NCBI GenBank assembly: GCA_965112735.1
Contig: OZ218953.1
Span: 2,170,001 to 2,234,000 of the forward strand
From: Phaeosaccion multiseriatum
Lineage: Eukaryota; Protista; Ochrophyta, other classes
DNA: 64,000 nucleotides
Reading direction: 5' to 3'
The translations under genes were made by a program, and so were the position numbers. The notes below the pieces were generated by a model. That model ran no database searches, had not been told where the DNA came from, and saw only the letters and a list, made by a program, of their open reading frames with translations. This document shows, in pieces, positions 52,101 to 62,813 of this stretch. How positions within the stretch are numbered: position 1 is the first letter of the stretch; every line of letters starts with the position of its first letter.

Positions 52101-54641
52101 TACACATACACACACACACGCAAAGGGAATATGTATTAGTCATGGAGGTGTCGGGAAGCGCTGCCGCATAGACGGCTGCGGCAAGCAGGCCAAGCAGGCA
52201 GGCTTGTGTGTCCGGCATGGGGCCCGCGTCACGCACAAGCGCTGTCGAGAGCCCGACTGCCGCCGGATTGCCAAGCAGGCAGGGGTCTGTGTGCGGCACG
52301 GCGCGGTCGTCGTTTCGAGCAGGTGCGATGCGACTGGAGATCGGTCTCTCCTCGCCCCCCTCTCCCCCCTCCCCCTCTCCACCCCCAGCCCACATGCTCA
52401 CCCCCCATCGACACCAAACCCAGACAAGGCGCCTGAGCATTCAGTTGCATGTGGGCCGTGATGATTGGGACCCAAATCTTGATTGTGCTCAGTGTGCTCA
52501 GCGGGCATGCTGTGTTTGTCTCTTCTCTTACTGATTGATGACACCTTCCAACATGTAGAGTCTCCAATACCCGACATCGCGCCCGTCCTCCTCTCTTCTC
52601 ATCTTCATTTTCATTTTAGTTTTATCCGTTTGATCATGTTTCCTCCGTACGTGTCCTCCTCCTCGTGCACCCCCCCCCCCCCCCCTTCCCTGTGTACCCA
52701 CACCCCACTCCCTCAACAGGTGCCGCAAAGAGGGCTGTGTCAAGTACCCAGTTAAAGGCGGCTTCTGCATCGGCCACGGCGGTATCCGCAGCGGCTGTCG
52801 CGTGGAGGGGTGTGGCAAATACGCCGTATCCAAGGGGCTTTGCGCAGGGCACGGAGGGGGGCGCAAGGGCAAGAAGAAGGAGGAGGGCATGACGAAGACA
52901 TTCTGTACGGTGGACGGCTGCGAACGGACGCTGACAGAGGCAGACGAAGACGCGGGCTTAACGCGCTGTGCTGTGCACTCGGAGCTGTCCCTGCCTTCTT
53001 CTTCCAGTGGAGGGGCCGGAGGAGGCGGGAGAGGGAGCGTGTCTGCTCTTTCTGCTGCCTCCAATGCCGATGGTGCTGGTGCCCAAAAACTCCTGTCCAC
53101 GATGGAGATACGGCATCCCGATCAGCAGCAGCAGCACTCTTCGGGAAAGCATATGCTGGACGAAGTGATATCACGCCGCCCGCGGGGGGCGGCCAGGGGG
53201 CTAGGGGAAGGGGAAGGACGAGGGGGGGAGGGGGGACTCGCACCACGGCGTCCTTCGCTTCTAGGTCTGCTCTCGACGGGGAGCGGGGGGCGGGCATCAT
53301 CACCCTCTTCCTTATCGTCGTCGACCGCCGTTGCAGGACATGGGGGGAAGGGGAAGAGGAGGATGTTGTCACGTTCGATGCTCGGATCTACTGCTGGCAT
53401 GCAGCAGGGGCGGCAAGGGGCAGGGGGGGGCTATGGGATGATCAGTGGTGGTGGTGGTGGTGTTGGGAATGACATGCAGGAAGATGGAGGAGGAGGAGGA
53501 GGAGGAGGAGGAGGAGGAGGAGGAGGAAGAGGAGGAGGAGGAGGAGGAGGAGGAAGAGGAGGAGAGGGAGGAGGAGGAAGAGGAGGAGGAGGAGGAGGAG
53601 GAGGAGGAGGAGGAGGAGGAGGAGGAGGAGGAGGAGAAGAAGAAGAAGGAGGAGAGGGCAAATGGCAGTACGTCGGGGCCACAGCAGTTGGAGCAACAGC
53701 AGGGAGGATGGCCAAGAGTGTGAGAGACGAGTCAACGGCATCAGCAGGGGGAGAGAGAGAAAGGAAGGTTGGGAGGGGTGGGCGGTCGTCACGGGGGGGA
53801 GAAGGAGGGGCCGTGGCCAGTCTGTGGCCAGATGCATCACCAACGTTTGCTCCTCCTTCCACGGCGGCTGACCGCTTGGGAAGCCCAGCGGCCGGGCACC
53901 ATCCGGAGTGGGCGGAGACGGGCCGTGGAGAAGTGTGGCAAGGCGAGACCAGCGGGGGCGGCGGTAGTGGTGGTGGTGGTGGGGGTGGTGGGGGTAGTGG
54001 TGGTGGTAGTGGTGGAGTTGGGGTCGTCAGTAGTGGCAATGTCAACGCCAGCAACAGGAGGACTCTCTCCCCAAGAGCAATGCGAGAGGGATTGCAGGTG
54101 CCAGCAGTGCAGGGAGGGGACATGAGGGGATTCGGACGCAGCACCGGAGTAGCAGGCATGTCCGGAGTGGTTGGAGTGGTTGCTTCCTCCTCTGGCGCTA
54201 CGCTTGGGGCCGCGGCTCCGGACAGTGGCACCGTCACATATGGCGGCGGGGGAGGATCGACAAACGCAGCAGCATCAGCGGCGGCGACAGCAGCAGCAGT
54301 AGCAGTAGGGAGGGGTGCGTCGTTCAATGTACCAGGAGGATCGAGCTTTGACTACCCGACGACGAGTGGCTCGGCGGATATGAAGCGCTGTTCCATCCCC
54401 AGCTGTCATCTCTGGGCCTTTAGAGGCCACCTCTGTGTCAATCACGCTGTCCTGTTTGGCATGCAGCTTGGGCGAGAGGCGGACCCGAACAGCAGCAGCA
54501 GCGGCAGCGGCGGCGGCAGTCTTAGGGTGGACGTGGCTTCTGGGGGTGCTGCTGCTCGAGGGCGAGAACAGATGCGGACGGGCTTTGATGTGATTGCAAT
54601 GAATGAGGACACCATCACGTCCAATTCTCAACCGATGGGGG

Positions 54642-54672
<31 letters not shown>

Positions 54673-54717
54673 CCACCACCACCAGCAGCAGCAGCAGCAG
54701 CAACAACAGCAGCGGCA

Positions 54718-54753
<36 letters not shown>

Positions 54754-56011
54754 CCACCACCACCACCACCACCACCACCACCAGCAGCACCAGCACCAGC
54801 ACCAGCAGCACCAGCACCAGCAGCACCAGCAGCAGCAGCAGCAGAACCACCACCACCACCACCACCAGCAGCAGCAGCAGCAGCAGTCACCGCCGCCACG
54901 ATTTAACGACCACTTCCTCAGCGGGCCGTTTCAGGACAATAGTCGAGGAGGCAACAGTCGTTATAGGGGCAACTTGGGTGACCTTGCCGCCCAGGAGCGC
55001 TACCGGGTCGAACAGCAGCGTCACGAACATCGCTTACAGCAGATGGAGCTGCATCGATTGGAGATTGAGCTGGAGCAAGATCACCAACGCCACCACGTGG
55101 AGCTGTGGGGACGGGAGCCGGAGGCCGGCGCAGAGCATCATTGCTCCCGCGACGACTGCAGCGCTCGGCATCCTCCGACGCTGGAGACAGTGTCACAAGG
55201 GACGCGAGGGGGAGGAGGAGAAGGAGGAGGAGGAGGAGGAGGAGGAGGAGGAGGAGGATTAGCAGGAGGAGGAAGAGGAGATGGGGCGAGCAGTGCAGTC
55301 TATGACATGCATGCTCAGCCTGCTGCTCCGGTTACCCCTGCCTCGGCGGCTGCCTCGGCTGCTGCGGCTGCTGCGGCTGCCATGCGAGAGATTGCCACGG
55401 ACCTTGGAATGCTCGTGCCCATGGAGGAGGAAGATGACCACTTCCACGACGGAGGAGGAGGGGGAGGAGCAATAAAACTAGAAGGGGCGGTGGATTTCGG
55501 GGCGCAGGGGGGAGGAGGAATGACTGGAATGGCGGGGGATTCCAAAGATGGTGGTCCGGAAGGTGGAGGAGGAGGGCATATTCCGTGGCAGCAGCACGGG
55601 TCACCTCTGTACGCGGCTCAGCAGCATCCTACTCCCCCGCCGGGGGATGGGAGTGGGCTTGGTCGGAGCATTGCTGTTGACCCGAGCAACTTGTCAGCGA
55701 CAGGCTTCTTGCTGCGACAGGAGCAGAGAACAGCCTCGTTGGGGTTGCCCATGGGGGTGCCGATGGCAACTAACGACGTGCTGGTGACACGGCAGCAGCA
55801 GCAGCAGCAGCAGCAAGAGGCAAGGCGACGAAGGGAGGATGGAGGAGTTGATATGGTTATGGATCCGTCGGACCAAGGTTTCGGGGCGTTGTCCGCCTCC
55901 GGAGCGAGGGTCGGAGGGTTCGATGGGCCGTCTGCAGGGAACAAGAATAATGGGGAAGGTGAAGCGGGAGGGGAGTGGATGGGAGACTCACACGAGAGGC
56001 GGAGGGGTTAG
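49955..56011 (+). CDS. WRKY19-like tandem C-x4-C-x9-C-x2-H zinc-finger protein with long Gly/Gln/His low-complexity regions (putative transcription regulator)
   Basis: Repeats CTVRGCGRYAVRGGICISHG, CRIDGCGKQAKQAGLCVRHG, CREPDCRRIAKQAGVCVRHG, CRKEGCVKYPVKGGFCIGHG, CRVEGCGKYAVSKGLCAGHG, plus a later CSIPSCHLWAFRGHLCVNH. Exons 49955-50397, [four 1-nt exons], 52126-52322, 52720-56011. Confidence 0.85.
50575..51691 (+). other. Four putative single-nucleotide (G) micro-exons at 50575, 50873, 51059 and 51691
   Basis: Each is AG|G|GTAAGT preceded by pyrimidine/CA-rich sequence. Four G's exactly restore the frame and finger spacing between exon end 50397 (phase 2) and exon start 52126 (phase 0). Confidence 0.7.
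51285..51580. repeat. Compound (CCTA)n/(CCCT)n microsatellite
   Basis: Directly visible, between putative micro-exons 3 and 4. Confidence 0.95.
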
Positions 56012-56547
56012 ACAAGGAACAAGTTACCGGGCTCGGGGGTCGGGGTGGGGGATGAAGATTCTATCCCAAATAAAAGAGGAGGGCTTAGGCGTAAGGGTTT
56101 ACACCTACCGAGAGGGGCGTCAGTGGTAGAGCAGGGCACAGGAGACACGTGCCGAGCACTGGGGGGGGGTGATGGGGTACTATTTATTGACTTAATAGGA
56201 ATCACTGTGGGTTTTTTTTTTTGTCTCTGGGGCCCACTGGGGGCCTTTTGCTCCCCCGCCTGATCGGGGGGGCGGAGTGCCGGTCCGGCGCCGCGGTTGA
56301 GCCGTCCAAGGAAGGCGCGTTCTCACTCTCTCTGTCTCTCTCTCTTTACGCCAAACTATTGATTGATTGCCGGTGGCTCAAGAGAACTTTTTGTGCCATA
56401 GCTAGGCACACACACAAGGTCGAACCAACTTGGTCGAACAAGGGGAGGAAGGAAAGAGAAAAAGGAAAAAAATATGTCAATAAATTACTTTCAGCCGATC
56501 CTGATGAGAGAGAGAGAGAGAGAGAAAAAGAGAAAAGAAAGGGAAAG

Positions 56548-57321
56548 ATGGAAGTGGGTGTCATCGATCTGCTGTCTGTGTTGGACTGCGGAGCTGACTA
56601 CGTCATCTTGATATGGACACCATCCCCGCACGCTACTCGGTACGAGGTGGCAATCGCCCCCACCCCCGCTGATCCCTCCCTCCCCCTCTCTTGGACAAGC
56701 CTCTCCAGTTCATTGAAGAACTGCATTGTGAAGAAGAAGAACTTGGAGAAGAACACCGGTTACCACTTCAGAGTACGCGGCTTGGATTCTCTCGGCGAGG
56801 GTGGACCTTTCTCCGACGTCACTGCCGTTTGCACCCTCAGCCAATCGGAGGCGACCTCGAACCGACGTATCCAGCAGCCGCCGACCATGATTGCAAGGGA
56901 GACAGGGGCACTTTCCATCAGCTGGACGCCGCAAGGGGATGTAGCACGTAGCGAGGGGGGGGCAGAGCTGGAGTACGAGCTTCAGATGCTGGAGGCGAGC
57001 AGCCCAGCATGGAGCACAGTAGCCAAGAACCTTAAGGTGGGCTTCTTCCTTAGTTGCACACACCCAACATACAGAGACAGAGAGACAACAAATGGTAGAG
57101 GTAAAAGAGAGAACTAGGTGGAGGTAGATGGAAAGGAGCGACGGTGTGGTGGTGGAGATGGTACCACTGCACTCTGACACACGGCCCGTCTCCCCTTGCC
57201 TGGTCTCTGACGTTGGTGCCCTCTACCAGACGACGGTCGTGAGAAAAAAAGGGCTTGAGAAGGACAAGACGTACTACTTCAGAGTAAGACCACTCAGCTC
57301 GCCGACAGCTGCAGCCGCAGA

Positions 57322-57357
<36 letters not shown>

Positions 57358-58498
57358 GGCAGGAGAAGCAGCAGGAGAAGGAGGGCAGGGGACGGGAACA
57401 CCAGGAGCGCACCACTCCTCACCAAGCACAGCACAGTCAGCAAATCCTCCCCCCCCACCACCCACAGATGACGACGGAGTAGGGAATGACATCATCAACA
57501 TCGCCTTCTCTCCTCCTTCTCTTCCCCTGAGCCCTGCTCCTGCCCTGCACCCCTCTATTCAGAACATGCTCCCCTCCACGCTCACCACCGCGAGAGGAGA
57601 GAGCCTCTCTTGTGCCGACACTCTGGGCGGGAAGATGCTGCTGCTTTACTTCTCAGCGCACTGGTGTGGGTGAGTCGGAGGAAGTTGCCGGCAGAGGATC
57701 CTTGCATGGGGGCACTCACTGCTCGGCCCAGCGCAGGAAGATCGGTGATAGCCCTACTGTCTGCTATTTGCTTTGCTGCCCACACACGTTCCTCACACAA
57801 GTTTATGTTCCACATCCCCTCATTTATATGATGGCCAGTGAAGCTCGACGACATCAGCCAATGAGCTTTCTCTGGGACCATCCACCTCGGCTGGTCTTTC
57901 TTCAATTCAAGCCTTCCTCCCTCCCCTCCCCTCCCCTCCCCTCGCCCCTCGTCCATCGAGTAGGCCGTGTCGCAAATTTACGCCCCAGCTGGCGTCACTG
58001 CATCAGTCCTTCGCATGGGACAAGTCCAAAGCAGAGGTCGTATTTGTGTCTCTCGATGGGGACGAGGACTCGTTTCAAAAGTAAGACCAATCAATCCATT
58101 AGTTAAACAATCGATAAATGGATCGGCCCAGACTTGCTCAAGTGCATCTTCCCCTTACCTTCAAGACGTCCTTCTTCCTGCCACCAGGTACCTATTACAC
58201 ATGCCCTGGCCTGCGGTGCCCTTCGACACGGACGAGAGAGAGGCCATCCGCAGCCGCTTTGAAGTTACTGGCATTCCGCGGCTGGTGAGTGAGTGTGTGT
58301 GTATGTGTGTGTGCGCGCGCGCGTGTGTGTATGTGAATGAAAGTGTGTGTGCTTTCAATTTCAATGACTCAATCTCTCTATCCTCCCGCCGTGATACCTC
58401 CAACTGCATCGCAGGTTGTCCTGAGCCCGAGCGGGGCCGTGTTGGCCGAGAATGCTGTCGGAATGAGTGGCCCGCAAATCCAAGCCTTGATCTCTTAA
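56548..58498 (+). CDS. Two fibronectin type III domains fused to a nucleoredoxin/tryparedoxin-type thioredoxin domain (WCGPC)
   Basis: FN3-1: VILIWTP...YEVA...W...VKKKNLEKNTGYHFRVRG...GPFS. FN3-2: LSISWTP...YELQM...W...VRKKGLEKDKTYYFRVRP. Trx: [23 protein letters not shown]...EVVFVSLDGDEDSF..YLLHMPWPAVPF...FEVTGIPRLVVLSPSG. The active site is split by an intron. Confidence 0.9.
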
Positions 58499-59312
58499 AG
58501 CGACGCCGTTACGAATGGATGAATCATTTTCCTCGACCTCACCTCAACTCCCCTTCGCGGCAGCAGTAGGAGGGGGGGCATTTGGAGGATTGATTCCCCT
58601 GACAATTAAAGGGGAAAAATTTGAAAGATACGCACGGGAGAGTGAAGGTGGGAGTTCTTCACGGGGCTTTTTCTTTGTATGTAGTACTTACTAAATACCC
58701 TTTTTTGCTTCTTAGTACTTCTTAGTACTAATTACCATATGCCTTCTGAATGATCGTGAAGTGACAAGACGCAATACGTAACCCATCCATTACCGTGTGC
58801 CTTCTCTTGAGGGCCCCCTTCCTCACACCCACCCCCCCGCCACCCTAAGAGCGAAGGAGTGAAGAGTCACACTCACACCCACATCCTCTCGTAGCTCGGA
58901 GACGATAAGATCCTCCCTCCTCCAATGAGCGAGCGAGCGACCGACCGGGGGGGTGGGTGAATACACGGGGGGGGGCTCTGCGAACAAAGGAGCGGGCGGG
59001 GATTGGGGAGCTGACAATGAAGCGCAGCCCCGTAACTGTCCGCGTCTCCCTCTTCAGCAAAAAGCAATAGTCAATATATAAATACCTATATAAAGCCAGA
59101 CGTGTGGGTAGGTGGTGAGGAAGACCTTGTGGCGAACCTTCTTTCCCCGCATGTTTCCTCCCCTCCAAACTTGCAACGTCTGTCTTCATTCGATGAATCG
59201 TCTTCGCCTCCTCGTCCTCCTCCTCCTCCTGCTGCTGCCGCTGCTGCCGCTGCTGCTGCTGCTCCTGCTCCCTTAGTTTCAGATCCACTCACCTCGGCCT
59301 GAGGTTGTGGCC

Positions 59313-60970
59313 TCAGATCAAGGTCAAGTCTTTTAGCTTTTGCTCAAATAGGTCGGTCTAAGGGAGGGGGGGGGGGGGGGGAGCAAGGGGGAATGGCACG
59401 GCACGGTGCGTTGGTCAGGCAGAGTCCCCGGACAGGAAAAACAGCAAGCGGCAAGCACCAGGAGCAGGAGCAGTAGCAGCAGAAGGATGAGGAAGAAGAA
59501 GAAGAAGAAGAAGAAGAAGAAGAAGAAGAAGAAGAAATCATGACCCTGCATTTCGCAAATGACTTTTGCCTTTGGCTTCTCACAGCCGCCCTGCCTGCCG
59601 CCGCCGCCTTGCTCACCTCGAAGGTGACTCTCCGGAAAGCCGCCTCCAGAAGGGCCTGGAGGGCACAGAGCAGGGCAGGGGAGGGCAGGGGAGGGGACGG
59701 GAGGGGAGGGGAGGGGCAGGGGTGAGGGGATACCGGGCAGAGCGTGAAGTTCAGTTAGAGGGCACACAATTACAGCTCCTATTCCTCCTCCTCCTCCTCC
59801 TCCTCCTCCTTCCTCCTCGTCCTCCTCCACAAAAAGGCTGCCCTGCCCGCCTCTTTGCAAATCTTACCTGAAGTCTATCATCCCCCCCTACTTCCTGGGA
59901 GTCAACCTTGCCTACTTTCTCGAGGTTGAACGCGGCGGCGCTTAGCCGTTTCACCATCAGGTTGGCAGCGGCGCCTTTGATACCATGGCCAATGCGTCCG
60001 CAAGCCACGGTCTCGCCCTGCAAGAGCAGAGAGGGATCGCGAAGGAGATGGAGAGGACAGTGGCCGTGAGTATCACAACGGATGGTGTGCGGGGGTTGGG
60101 AAGCAGAAGCCCGAGAAACAAAAAAAGTCAGGGACGCGGTGAGGGAGGACGGGAAGGCAGGCCATACGCTGCAACGCCACGAATTGCACACCACAAAGGC
60201 GGCCCACGGCCGACAGGCTGTCACACGGCCTCCACCAAAACTGCACTGCACTGCACTGCACTGCACAGATATTGCACTGAGGCAGCTCCTCTCACCTTGG
60301 GCACCTTCTCCTTCAGTTCGGTCATGTGCTCCTGCGTCTCGTTCCACAAGTCTACAAGCAGCTCTCTTAGGAAGTCCTCGTCCCCCGAGCACTGCTCCAC
60401 CGCGTCGGCCCATGACACAACCTGTCACCAGCAGCAAGTTAGGGACATGAGAGAGGAGGGAGGAGAATATGGATGAGATGGAGTGCGCATGGAATGGCAC
60501 ACAAGGAGGGAACAGAAAAGAAAGGTACGAAGCACTTCACTAGACCATCACCACGTTGAAAAAGCAAAGTCTCCGCGTCTTCTCACCTCGTCCTCAGGCT
60601 GAGGAAGAGGGGGACTTCCCTCCAAGGTAGGCTCGAAGTCGTCACCCGGTCGTGGTCCCTCCGGACCTTCTACCTCGCCCCCTGTTGCCCCCCCTTCTTG
60701 CTGCTGCTCCTGCTGCTGCTGCTGCTCTGGCGGAGTATCCGCTGGAGGCTCTACCGCCGCTGCCGGCCCCGCTTCTACAACGAGTGGAGAAACTCCAGAG
60801 ATGTCTGCTGTTGCTAAGGCTGCTGCTTCTACGGGCGTCTTCTGCGTCGCGTCTGCAGTTGGTTGGGTGTCGGCTTCGTGCTGAAAGCTTTCTCTCCCTT
60901 CACTCGGGATTTTAGACATGTCCTGGGGGCTCTGCTTCGCGCTCGAGTTAGGGCTCAGGCAATTACCCAT
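59313..60970 (-). CDS. Stand-alone histidine phosphotransfer (HPt) protein with an N-terminal myristoylation/palmitoylation motif
   Basis: N-terminus MGNCLS. HPt domain VSWADAVEQCSGDEDFLRELLVDL...RIGHGIKGAAANLMVKRLSAAAFNLEK carries the conserved H-x-x-K-G-x-x-x-N-L. Five exons; predicted end TDLFEQKLKDLTLI*. Confidence 0.85.
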
Positions 60971-61320
60971 ACCCTCATGTGCAGCAGCCTTATCTCTCAG
61001 CGCGTGGTGGTTGAGGTTGGGTTTCGTTCGTCCGCGTTGATTTCACACAAGTCAATAAGATGCCCCCCCCCCCCCCCCCCCCCCCCCCCCGGGGGTTGGT
61101 TTTCTGTTTTCTTCCCATATGGCTCCTGCCCCTCAGTCTCTGCTTTACACATGCTATATTCGACCCTGACGCACTATCCGCTATCCGCTCGGCGCCAGCC
61201 GGCGCGCTATCCGCTATCGCCGGCGCCAGCCGATCCGCTATCCGCTTATCGAGAATGTGGGCGATAGTGCGTCAGTGCGTCAGGGGTCAGGGGTGATCTC
61301 CACTGTATCTTCGAATATCT

Positions 61321-61846
61321 TCGGCCCCGTGCACGCCTAGCGGCCTAGGCTCTAGGCCGCTAGTCCGCTCGGCCTTCGGCCAAAATAGACCTAGGCCGGC
61401 GGCCTCCGGCCGCTCTAGGCCGCTCACTTTTCAGCCCTAGGCGGCCTATAGCCCACCTCTAGGCAGCCTCCCAGTGACCGTGGGCGCGTGCGTGGTGCCG
61501 CCCAGCCAGTGGGTAGCAGCACACCTGTAGGCCTGCACTCCTCGTAGGGCCAGCGAGGCGGAAAGAGACAACCCGAATCAAGTCTAGCTACTCCTCACTT
61601 ATCCCATGCAATACATTTGCTTAAAACTGACGACACTTGGGCGGGTTCCGGGCCAGCCCAGGGGCATATGAGCATATTCCCGCCCTGGACCGGCGCCTAG
61701 TTGGCGTCTGCCCTAGGCCGCGGGCCTCCGGCCCCCGCCTAGGCCGCTGCCTAGGCGGCCTATAAATAGGCCGAGGGCCTACGGCCCTCGCTAGGCCGGG
61801 CAATTTTCCAAAATAGGCCTAGGCCGCTAGGCGTGCACGGGGCCGA
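61321..61846. mobile_element. Non-autonomous DNA transposon (MITE), 526 bp, 30-bp perfect TIRs, 7-bp TSD
   Basis: TIR TCGGCCCCGTGCACGCCTAGCGGCCTAGGC at 61321-61350 with its exact reverse complement at 61817-61846. Direct repeat AATATCT at 61314-61320 and 61847-61853. Subterminal CTAGGCCG-type motifs; no transposase ORF. Confidence 0.9.
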
Positions 61847-61862
61847 AATATCTCCCTTGCTC

Positions 61863-62767
61863 TCAGTCAGAGCCTTCGCTATGGAAGCCGCAGTCGTTGC
61901 GATGCCCGATGTTTCCATCACCATCGCTGCTGCCCCACCCCCCGAAGCACTCACACACCCCGGTGGCGGAGTCGCAGAGCCCGTGGTCCGAGCAAGGCAG
62001 GTCCAGTTTGCTGCCACGAGTTGTCTCCGTCACAACCACGGAGGGACTACTGTCACCGCCTTCGGAAAGAACCTGTGGGTGCGTGCAGCCGAGCGGGTGG
62101 GTGGGTAGGCGAGTACGTGAGCTAGTTAGTAAGTCCCTCTCTCCGTCCGTCCGTCCATCCCTCCCTCCCTCCCTCCCTCCCTCCCTCCCTCCCTCCCTCC
62201 CTCCCTCCCTCTCTCCGTCCCTCCCCCCGTCCCTCCCTCTCTCCCCCCGTCCCTCCCTCTCTCCCCCCCTCCCTCCCCCCTCCCCCTCCCTCCCCCCCTC
62301 CCTCCCTCCCTCCCACCCTCCCTCCCACCCACCCTCCCTCCCCCCCTCCCTCCCTCCCCCCCTCCCTCCCTTCCCCCCTCTCTCCCTCCCTCCCTCCCTC
62401 CCTCCCTCCCTCCCTCCCTCCCTCACTCCCTCCCTCTCTCTCACCCGAAGCAGGGGCACGTCTCCAAGCTCTGTCTTGAAGGTGATGGCAATCGGTCCGG
62501 AGCCGTCCACCGTGCACACAGGCCCCTCCTCGTCCTCCCCCGCCAGGTCGACAGCCCCCAGCGTCCACATACCCTCCAGGGCCTCCTTCAGATCACCAAC
62601 TGTGCCGTTGGCGTCAATCGATCCTGTGGTTGCTTGTCGGAAACCTAGCTCGAAGGAGCCGTTCTGCCCGGTGCAGGTCAGGTTCTGCTTCTCCCACAAT
62701 GGCGGCTCTAGAACGCCTGTGTGTACACGCAATGTACGCATTGGTGGTGGACAGAGAGGGGTGTGGG

Positions 62768-62813
<46 letters not shown>

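Noticed and set aside
61170-61260. Short GC-rich repeats (ctatccgctatc / gccggcgccagcc) upstream of the HPt gene
   Set aside because: Too short and degenerate to call as an element or regulatory site from sequence alone.
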